In this document: positions 37,601 through 47,439 of the stretch, piece by piece
Layout of the letters: each line of letters begins with the position of its first letter
How positions within the stretch are numbered: position 1 is the stretch's first letter
Source of the DNA: Macrostomum lignano
Lineage: Eukaryota
Direction of reading: 5' to 3'
Length of the DNA stretch: 64,000 nucleotides
Assembly: GCA_002269645.1 (NCBI GenBank)
Contig: NIVC01001057.1
Location: 190,594 to 254,593 of the forward strand
Notes under the pieces: generated by a model
What the model saw: the letters and a program-made list of their open reading frames with translations, nothing else
Databases searched by the model: none
What the model was told of the DNA's origin: nothing
Made by a program: the position numbers and the translations under genes

Positions 37601-39755
37601 GCAACTCCGTCTGTGCGTCCAGTGCGAGCTAAAGTGAACTCTTATTTTGTTGTTGAGTCGGACTACTCGGAATGCGGCCTCGCATGAAGGTTGTTTGGAC
37701 TCAGTGCGAAATGAGATTCGGGCTAAGCTAGACTTTGCACTGAAAGGAGCTCAGACACTATACGAAGGGAGCTCAGGCACAGTCTGAAGGGAGCTCAGAC
37801 GCGAAATGAAGGGAGCTCAGGCACTGTATGAAGGGAGCTCAGACGCGAAATGAAGGGAGCTCAGGCACTGTATGAAGGGAGCTCAGAAGCGAAATCAAGG
37901 GAGCTCAGGCCCTGTATGAAGGGAGTTCAGACGCGAAATGAAGGGAGTTCAGGCACTGGATGAAGGGAGCTCAGACACTATATCAAAAGAGCTCAGACAC
38001 TATATGAAGGGAGCTCAGGCACTGTATGAAGGGAGTTCAGGCACTGTATGAAGGGAGTTCAGGCACTGTATGAAGGGAGTTCAGACGCGAAATGAAGGGA
38101 GTTCAGGCACTGGATGAAGGGAGCTCAGACACTATATCAAAAGAGCTCAGACACTATATGAAGGGAGCTCAGGCACTGTATGAAGGGAGCTCAGGCACTG
38201 TATGAAGCGAGTTTAGGCACTGTATGAATGGAGTTCAGGCACTGTATGAAGGGAGTTCAGACGCGAAATGAAGGGAGTTCAGGCACTGTATGAAGGGAGC
38301 TCAGACGCGAAATGAAGGGAGTTCAGGCACTGGATGAAGGGAGACCAGACACTATATCAAAAGAGCTCAGACACTATATGAAGCGAGTTTAGGCACTGTA
38401 TGAATGGAGTTCAGGCACTGTATGTAGGGAGTTCAGACACTGTATGAAGGGAGCTCAGACACTGAGACACGTACCTCTTCCAGGAAGGCCTCAGCATAGG
38501 GCAGTTTATCCTTATCAGCGTAGGAGGCGTCCCCGCCTGCGGCTTCGAGTTCCTCGCGCAGCCGGCGCTGCGCCTCAGGGTGCAGGGAGGCGAGCAGCAG
38601 CGCCCAGCGCACCAGGTTGGCCACAGCGTCGACTCCTCCAGTCATCAGGTCGAAGATCGTCATGGCCAGGCGGCCGTCGCGCATGGACGGAGCCGCAGGG
38701 TCGTCCGGCGCCGTCTCTGCCGCCGTTGCCGCCCCCGTGGCTTCGTCGACTGCTGCGTCCCCGGCGGCGTCCCGACGGCCGCTGTCGTTCTCGTCGTCGC
38801 TGAAGTAGTTGGTCTTCTCGCGCAGGTAGAACTCGATGTAGTCTGAGTAGTCCCGGCTGCACTGCCGGGCCAGCGCCGCCCCGCCCGCCTGCTGGCTGTG
38901 GCGGAGGCTGCGCCGCCGCTTGTCGATTTGCTCCTGGCACATCCGCAGCGCCTCCATGACCAGCGGCTCCGGCCGGCCCAGGCACAGCAGTCGGCGAACG
39001 GCCGGCCCCAGAGGCCAGGGCAGCTTCCCGAGGCGCCTCATCAGAGTCTGGGCCAGGCTGAGCCGGTTCTCCTGTTCGATGGACTGCATGAGCGGCAGCT
39101 TGGAGTAGAAGCGCTCGTCGTAGGCCACCTGCTCGCAGCCGAAGATCATCCGGCTGATGACGGCGCTGACGCTCTGAGTCACCAGCTCGCCGACGTCCAG
39201 CTCGGCCGAGCGCAGCTGCGGCGCCGGCCCGGCCGGGAGGCGGTCGCGAATCTCCTGGACAATCTGGCGCGACTCCTCGGCCACGTCGGCCTGACAGGCC
39301 GGCCGGCCCCAGCCGAAGTCGTTGAGAGCGCGGACGCTGAACGTCCGGTGGGCGCGCCAGAGTTTGCCTTCGCTGAGGGCCAGGCCGCCGACCTGCTTGC
39401 GCCAGGGCAACTGCGGCCGGCCCAGGAGGCTCTCGTTGAGGAAAACCTCGCGGATCTCATCGTAGCCAGAGACGATCACGGCCAGGTGGTCGGGGAAGCG
39501 CACCTGGATCACCGGGCCGTAGCGCGCCTTGCCCTCGCGCTCCACCCAGCGCCACAACGGCAGCTCAACGTGGAAGTGGCTGCCAATCAACGGCCAGGCC
39601 GGAGGCCCGGGCGCGTCGCAAGTCACGTGACGCCGGTTGCGACGCCGAACAGCCAGAAGCAGCAGCAGAAGCAGAATCAGGCCAGGCAGAAGCAGACTCT
39701 TTGTCAGCGACGATTGCCCGCCGTTGCCGCCTTTGCTGTTGTCCTCGTGTCCCAT
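34666..39755 (-). CDS. Cytochrome P450, clan 2 (2 coding exons, 588 aa)
   Basis: Exon 1 39755-38475 and exon 2 35151-34666 join at phase 0 to give the K-helix FLEE|VQR (ExxR). Other motifs: N-terminal anchor [26 protein letters not shown] hinge, WRAHR (WxxxR), I-helix GGVDAV, PDRF and heme loop FSLGKRACPG. Confidence 0.93.
35330..37192. repeat. 21-bp tandem array in the CYP intron
   Basis: Unit GGATCACAGACCAGACACAAT with 20-bp variants. Confidence 0.97.
37740..38465. repeat. 22-bp tandem array in the CYP intron, abutting the donor site
   Basis: Unit TATGAAGGGAGCTCAGGCACTG. Confidence 0.94.
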
Positions 39756-40699
39756 CTGGAGGCCGCTTCGCCTCGGCCCGCGGGAAGATTCGGGTTGCCA
39801 AGGGGATTTGCGGTTCTCAACAATGGGGCCCGGTGAGGTGGGGGGAAGAAGGGAGAGTTGAGCAACCGGTTCGGCCTGGGAAAGAGCCTCAATTTGTAGC
39901 AGCGGCTCCGCCGGGGGGCGGCTCTACCTGGGAATATGGAAGACGCATCAGAAAAAGTAACTCTGGCTGTTTCCCGTACTCTGTCTTGCGCTGCCTGTCT
40001 CTCCTGTTTTCTCCAGCGCAGGCCGTCTCTGCCTCGGAGACGGCCGGCCACCCGCCCGCATTTCAACTACAGCAGCAGCGCCCACCCCCTCCGGCCCGGC
40101 CCAACCCCGGCCCTCTGCAATTCTCTTTCTGGCTTTGGCGCTGCACTGCGCAGAAGTGAGCTGCAGAGGGAGGGTGGGGTGGAGAGAGAAGGGGGGACTT
40201 GTGGCGGAATGCGCGGGCTGCAGCGAGTGGCAGGGCGGGTGAGAGCTGGATAAAGCGCAGCAGTGCAGAATGAAATACTAACAAATGCAAAGGGAGGCTG
40301 CTGCTTTATCTGCCTTGGCATTGTTCGCAGTTGTTCGCCACCTCAGGCCCGCAGCGCTTAATCTCCGTTTCTCCCCCTCCTTTCTCTCTCTCTCTCTAAA
40401 TCAGGGAAAAGTACATTTAAACTTAGAAGTGCGCAGGAACAGCGCAGGAAGCAGAGGGTGGGTTTGCAGGGGAAGTCGCACTGCTGAGTGCGTACTGACT
40501 GAGACTGGGTGGGTGGGAACTCAGCACTGCTCCACTCTGCTCCACTGTCACACTCAGGTCTTCTAGTTTGGCGGATAAATTTTTTTGGAGGGGGTGGGGA
40601 TCTAAAGAAACCCGCACCGCACTCAGGCGGTGACAGGTAGGAACAATTAGACAGCTGCAGGTCCCTGATTGAGGAGACCACATGCGAAACTGGGGTGTT

Positions 40700-40850
40700 T
40701 GAAGCAGGCTCATTCCTGCAAATGAAGCAGCTCATCCCTGCAAATGAAGCAGCTCATTCCTGCAAATGAAGCAGGCTCATTCCTGCAAATGAAGCAGCTC
40801 ATCCCTGCAAATGAAGCAGCTCATCCCTGCAAATGAAGCATCTCATCCCT
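40700..40850. repeat. Short 22-bp tandem repeat
   Basis: Unit TGCAAATGAAGCAGCTCATCCC. Confidence 0.88.
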
Positions 40851-40889
40851 GAGCAATAATTGGCGATTCCAGTTGGGAAAAAACGAACA

Positions 40890-41856
40890 GCAGGAGGGGA
40901 GTTGGAGACGCTCCAAGAGGAGACAAACTGCAGGAGGGGAGTTGGAGACGCTCCAAGAGGAGACAAGCTACAGGAGGGGAGTTGGAGAAGCTCCAAGAGG
41001 AGACAAACTGCAGGAGGGGAGTTGGAGACGCTCCAAGAGGAGACAAGCTACAGGAGGGGAGTTGGAGAAGCTCCAAGAGGAGACAAACTGCAGGAGGGGA
41101 GTTGGAGAAGCTCCAAGAGGAGACGAACTGCAGGAGGGGAGTTAGAGAAGCTCCAAGAGGAGACAAACTGCAGGAGGGGAGTTGGAGAAGCTCCAAGAGG
41201 AGACAAACTACAGGAGGGGAGTTGGAGAAGCTCCAAGAGGAGACAAACTGCAGGAGGGGAGTTGGAGAAGCTCCAAGAGGAGACAAACTGCAGGAGGGGA
41301 GTTGGAGAAGCTCCAAGAGGAGACAAGCTACAGGAGGGGAGTTGGAGAAGCTCCAAGAGGAGACAAACTGCAGGAGGGGAGTTGGAGAAGCTCCAAGAGG
41401 AGACAAACTGCAGGAGGGGAGTTGGAGAAGCTCCAAGAGGAGACAAACTGCAGGAGGGGAGTTGGAGAAGATCCAAGAGGAGACAAACTGCAGGAGGGGA
41501 GTTGGAGAAGCTCCAAGAGGAGACAAACTGCAGGAGGGGAGTTGGAGAAGCTCCAAGAGGAGACAAACTGCAGGAGGGGAGTTGGAGAAGCTCCAAGAGG
41601 AGACGAACTGCAGGAGGGGAGTTGGAGAAGCTCCAAGAGGAGACGAACTGCAGGAGGGGAGTTGGAGAAGCTCCAAGAGGAGACAAACTGCAGGAGGGGA
41701 GTTGGAGAAGCTCCAAGAGGAGACAAACTGCAGGAGGGGAGTTGGAGAAGCTCCAAGAGGAGACAAACTGCAGGAGGGGAGTTGGAGAAGCTCCAAGAGG
41801 AGACAAACTGCAGGAGGGGAGTTGGAGAAGCTCCAAGAGGAGACGAACTGCAGGAG
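40890..41856. repeat. 40-bp purine-rich tandem array (~24 copies)
   Basis: Unit AGACAAACTGCAGGAGGGGAGTTGGAGAAGCTCCAAGAGG. Confidence 0.97.
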
Positions 41857-41914
41857 ATGAAGGGCGGCAGACCTGGGGTCAGAGAGTTTGCCCAGCGGTC
41901 GGCTTGGCTTCTCC

Positions 41915-42990
41915 TGTAGAGTGTTCTACCTCCCGTAAGAAGACATAAAAGTGTTAATGTACTACTCACACATTTTATTTAGTAGTAAATTGAAGAGCAT
42001 GAATAAAGGTATGCTTTGAACTATAAGTATATTCGGACTAACCAATAGAAAGAGAGAAACCTCGAGCATGCTAATTTTAGAAATCACCCAATCACGTGCG
42101 ACCAACAACTGTCAATTCAAACCCCACCTTCAAGTCATCATTTGGTTTGCACTCGGGTTGCACCCGGATGAACCAATCAAAGTCTACCAGCTACGGTAAC
42201 CAATCATGCGCTTTTACAGTAGACTAGTTGCGCAACTTTCTACCCTGTCATGCTTGACAGCCACCGAATCGTGACCCTTTGACATTTGCGAAGACAGTGA
42301 TGTACGACCTCGAGAGAGGTCTGAACGCCTATAAATACAAGTGGTCCGGAACGGACCCGGAGCCAGAAAATCTCCAAGGGAGAGAAGCTCCGAAGAGGAA
42401 GCTCTAGTGAAGCCTTCCTGAAGAAACTCGCGTCGTGGACGAGTTCTTGCGGTAAGCCTTACTCATTTGCGCCCGTTGGTTGAGACGTCTCGCTCAAGTC
42501 TATTGAGACTTGAGTTTATTTGAGTCTGCTGAGACTCTTGAGTCTGTTTAGACTCCACTGGTTGCAGTCTCCAGAAGGACTGCCCCTGATAGATCTTAGA
42601 AGACTATCAGTGGTTTCCGGAGCCATACCTAGAGTGCATAGAGGCACTACTAGAAGGAGTAGGCTTATATTAAACCGCAGTTTGGCGCAGGGATCCCCAT
42701 TGTTAATTTGGAAGCTTCCGATTGGTCCGAACTACAGATACCGGCCGGCAAGAAGTCAAGAGGACAAAGGAGATAACGGACCAGATCAACTGTTACCAGG
42801 CGCCTAAACTTCCTGAAGGACAGGAAAGTTACTGATCGCGATACTACGGACGAGGATTATTACGAGAGCTCTCATTTAAGGACTCAAAGGTAATTGAATA
42901 CCTTCATTTGATTACTGGGTTGCCTAGCTACAGAGCTAGAAGTGATTGTTCCTTGATTACAGTTGAGGACTGGTAATAAGGAACACATCA
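41915..42990 (+). repeat. 5' LTR (1076 bp)
   Basis: Begins TGTAGAGTG and ends CACATCA. CCAAT boxes ~42041-42205 and TATAAATA 42330-42337. Confidence 0.97.
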
Positions 42991-42992
42991 AT

Positions 42993-43005
42993 TGGTGATC
43001 TCGCC
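42993..43005 (+). promoter_or_regulatory. Primer-binding site (tRNA-Trp-like, imperfect)
   Basis: TGGTGATCTCGCC lies 2 nt after the 5' LTR and resembles the tRNA-Trp PBS TGGTGACCCCGAC, recalled from memory. Confidence 0.55.
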
Positions 43006-43686
43006 CTCTCGGCACTACTCAAACTTTTGAGCAATAGCCTGGCCAAGCTATTGTAAAGTGACGAAAGAGCGACTTCATTAATTTTGCGCGCACGTGTTAG
43101 AGGTAACACTTTTCGACACTTTTCGATTTTTGTACGATTTGAAACTCGAGTAAAAGTTTAGATATACAGGCTTGAGTACCTGTCAATTTTGAGTAACGTT
43201 TGAGCACGCGTGTTAAATTTTTGTTTTTATCGAGCTCGAGCAAGAGTAAACCTTAAACAAAACCGAAAACAACGTCCGGTACACTGAAAACAAACCGAAA
43301 AATAATCAATACACACTAAAACAAAACCGAAATTAAAAACACTTGACGAAAGCTAAAACAAACCGAAATTTGATAAAACGTGACAAGGCACGTCACGAAG
43401 ACAAGAAAGGCCTTTGAAAAAAGCAAGAAGCAGCTGCACTTCAAGCACTTTAAAGATACACTTTGCGGGACGCCGCATAAGTGCGAAAATCAGCCAGCGA
43501 ATAAGAGGTCAGAAAAAGCAGCCAAAAGCCGAATTCCGTTCAAGGTCAGACATAACAAATTGAGGTGTCAAAAGCGCCGCGAGACAATCAGTTACAACCG
43601 AAGTTTATTTCGAAAGAAACACCACACTGGAAGATCCATTACAAATCGACCCAGACCTAGAGCTACCGTTCTATCCCATCAACAAC

Positions 43687-45433
43687 ATGGCGCGGCGCAA
43701 TCCAACGGTGCACAGAGATATCAAAGAGACAGTTGGCACCTTTTCTATGGAAAAAGACTTTAACACCTTTGTTGATCATTTTGACCTGGTATGTAGGGAA
43801 TACAACCTACAAAATCCAGAAAAAGCGCAACTGTTGCCACCACTCCTCCAAGGCACTGCACGAGAGATTTATGGTAAACTAGATGCGGCAACACAGCAAA
43901 ACTACCCAGCATTAATCATTCAACTGCGCGCGCATTTCAACCGCTGTGGCACAAACAGATCAGTGCTACTGCACAAGTTGCATAACAGAAGGATGCAGCC
44001 AACCGAATCCTTCCTGACCTTTGTGGACGACATCCGTCAGATAATTAAGGCACTGCATCAGCCAACACTGCCAGCTGCAGACCAACCACCTCTGGGTGCG
44101 GCAGAATTAGCCGCTAGAGAGCGACACGATTGATGGATCGCGAACAAAATCTGATTCTGCACGTAATAAACAATGCACAGCCGTCACTCCGAGATAGACT
44201 TCTACGCGAAAACATTGAAACCGAGGAAGACCTTTTACGGTGCGGAATGCAGTGGGAAGCAAGCGCTCCACTAATGACAACCGGCAACACAGAAGTGCAG
44301 AAACTGACACAGCAACTAAACAAACTGATGCAACATCAAACAGCCGTTATCGCCGAACAAAAAAGACGAAATGAACGAGCCCAAGCCAGATGCTATTACT
44401 GTGGACGAGAAGGACACTACCAAATAATTGTCCTCATCGGTCAACAAGAAATGATATGCCGCGACAGCCATTCAACAGACGGAAGCCGCAAAAACCATGG
44501 CAACAGCATCAAAATTGGCAGCAGCAAAACACGAAACGCTTCGGAAACAATGGCTACAGACCGCGAAACGCCAGATACATGCCCAAGCAACCAACGCAAG
44601 CGATGCAACGATATGCAAACGCCATCACGTACACACCGGAAAGCGAACAGCAAGAGCAGCAAGTCTTCACGATAGACGACTTAGAAATGGACTTCACTAT
44701 CAATGAAATCGACTGGCTCGATGCGGAGAGCAGCGAAAAGACAAAAAACATCAGCATGGTCGAAATGAAAGAAACTAACATTGACAGCGAAGAAGAAAAG
44801 ACAGAAGTGAGCACAGAAAAAACATTGCCAAGCGACATCAGTGAAAGAAAAGAAGAAACAAACAAAGGCAACGACAAAGAACTGGCAACGAAGGATGACA
44901 ACGAAAGAAGCAACGACGGAAATACAGAGATGGAAGAAGAACAGCAAGAAGAAAGCAGCGATCACGATTATGAGATGCAGAATGACGCTGATGACAACCA
45001 AGCCGCCGACAAAGAACATGAAGACGGAAGGCACAAAGGAATGGAAGAAAGAAATCTAAGCTCCGACAGCGATCAATGCTACGAGATCCGATATAAACGA
45101 AATGGTGAAGCCTACATTCAAACGGTCGACTACAAGGCCGAAGTGAGGTACCGCAGACAATGGAGTGACACAACTACAACATCGGAAGAAAGCAAGGAAG
45201 AAAATGATGAAGACGACAAGCAGCGGAACGAATCGGATGCCTTGCGCTCGGAAACGCCAATGGAACAAGAGGAAGAATACGATGCGGACGTAGAAGATAA
45301 CGAATGGCAGCCGCAGCCAATGCCAGCAAAGACAACGGCAACGTTCAGAAAATGGCGATTCTGGATATTCTGGATCATCATAATACTACTGACGGCAGTA
45401 GTCACCAAAGCAACAGCAATGGAAAACCAATGA
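43687..45433 (+). CDS. gag: Gag (capsid, CCHC knuckle, acidic spacer, terminal hydrophobic segment), split by two -1 shifts
   Basis: Capsid-like LLQGTAREIYGKL..YPALIIQLRAHF. Knuckle CYYCGREGHYQ(x)NC is restored by one base at ~44423. The ORF ends FRKWRFWIFWIIIILLTAVVTKATA. Pieces: 43687..44133, 44130..44675 and 44390..45433. Confidence 0.85.
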
Positions 45434-47217
45434 TATGTCCAACGGATGCGCATATCCAACCGATGATCTACAAGATACCAACCGACATCAAATGCAGCTA
45501 CTTCAAGACAAACCAGACGAAGCCAAAAAGATCACAATCGATCTCTACAAAGCCAACATCAAGAAGCATCGACAACTTGGAATCGTGTGCTTCAGAGACA
45601 AGCACCTAGTCGAAAAAATATGGCGAGGACAATGGAACAGAATCCGATTCCGACAGCATGAGCTACATGTGTCGCACGCTGACTGCCTACGATGGAACCA
45701 GACATTGTTCTCCAAAGATGGTGTACTAGAACCTGATGAAAAGGTCGGCAACGCACAACTCTTCCGAACAAAGAATGTGGCAAACGGTCGATATGTCCAC
45801 TATAATGAAAGATGGCCTGACTACACGGCACGCAACAGCTACCTAATCAGGAATATTCCATTCTACCACAATCCTTTTGAAAAAATGGAGTCGCTACAAC
45901 TGCAATTAAGTGACTGCCGATACAGCAAAGGATGGTGTCCAACGCCGATACTGCGGAATGAGGAACTATACAGCTTACCGTTGAGTCCAACATATCATCA
46001 AGACTATCGATGGCAAATTATACGCAGAGGCGACTCACGATATGAAGAACCATCTAAGTCACGACAATACTTCTTCGCGTGGAAGTTGAGCCGGAAATTG
46101 ACTGCAAGCTTCAAAAGTATCACACAGTTGAAGGAGGCTACTGTCAAACACGTTTTTGGCAAAGTCAGGAGACTTGGCACTGACGTTTCAAAAGAAACCA
46201 GTCGAGCAAAAACTGAAATGCAAGGATACAGACAAGACACTATTCATCTCGGAACAAGAGATACCAGTCTACGTAAAAGATGACGACAAACAAACCTTTC
46301 TGGCGATCATCAACGGAACTTATCAACAGCAGGAACAACAGAACAGACGACGACGAGACATCGAACGTCCCAAACTGGTGTCAAACCGACTACTGTCAGC
46401 AAAGATAACGGCTTTGGATCACAATCTACACAACCAGTTAAACCACTTGCATCGAACACTGGTCCAGCTAACTTGCAAAATGCACGCAATCAACTTAAAT
46501 TATGCCAGACAAAACTACTATGTCAACCCTACGATGACTTTTCGTAAAATCACCGGAATGACGAACGTTTTGGCAGTTCCAATATACGAGCATCTGTTGA
46601 TATACAAGTGCACGCCGATACAGCACTTTAACATCTTGCCGTCGAACACGTCAACAACCTGCTACGACAAGCCAAGGATTGAAGCGTTCTACGAAGGAAA
46701 ACGAATTCAGGGATTCTTGGACACGGTACACAACATCATCGTTGGCACCGCAATACCGAGACCTTGCACCACGGCAGCAAACTATTATCAACTGGACAAT
46801 GCACTACACGTCATCAAAACAACTGGAACGACAGCAAACATCACAGAACCGGAAGTAATCGTCGACGAAAACTACGACATGGAGGATTTGAAAATCCGAT
46901 TCAACAGAACGAAGTATACGCCATTCGCCGATATCCAACTTGACGAGATAACACCAGGATGGACGATCAACGACTTCTTGCAAGCGTTCATCACCCAACG
47001 CAAGATGATTCACCAGCTGTTCACAAGAAAGGACAAAGGAACCGGGACAGGAAGATTTCCCGTCCTTGTTTCAATGGACAGCGCCATCAAATCATTTTGG
47101 ACAAACAGCTTCTGGGAGCTGCTCAATGGAAGAGGCAGTCTCTATCAAGGATTCATCTTCTACGGTGCTTGCATTGTGTGGATTGTCACGGCAATCTTCA
47201 TCATTTCGTCGATCGTA
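45420..47217 (+). CDS. env: Env-like class III fusion glycoprotein (herpes gB / chuvirus G-like), in several frames
   Basis: Follows an internal signal peptide. Segments ICPT..IYKIP..C..ITIDLYKANI (N-term) and VNPT..LA..KC..CYDKPRIEAF..GFL..NIIVG..C (46522-46767) match the gB Cys/motif spacing as I recall it. Furin-like RRRR at 46345-46356, N-glycan sequons, and TM GFIFYGACIVWIVTAIFIISSIV at ~47149-47217. Confidence 0.75.
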
Positions 47218-47439
47218 CGGTGCTTCAGTCAAACTTGTCCAAGAGCTAAGAAGACAGTGAATGCCATAATGCAAAGAACGACAACGGAAGGCGACAACAG
47301 TTTAGAACTAACAGAAACTGCACATCGTGAGGTTCAAGGGCAACCGACACTAGCAACGCGGCTATATCCATCGATTCCGACAACACCAACGGCACCAAGA
47401 ATACAACCACCTAACTATCAAGCAGAACAGCAAGACCCA

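Noticed and set aside
42520-42807. 95-aa ORF in both LTRs (also 52145-52432) and the 67-aa LTR ORF
   Set aside because: Non-ATG starts and no motifs; duplicated only because the LTRs are identical.
43380-43763. 127-aa basic ORF upstream of gag
   Set aside because: GTG start, A-rich leader composition and no recognisable domain; probably 5' UTR.
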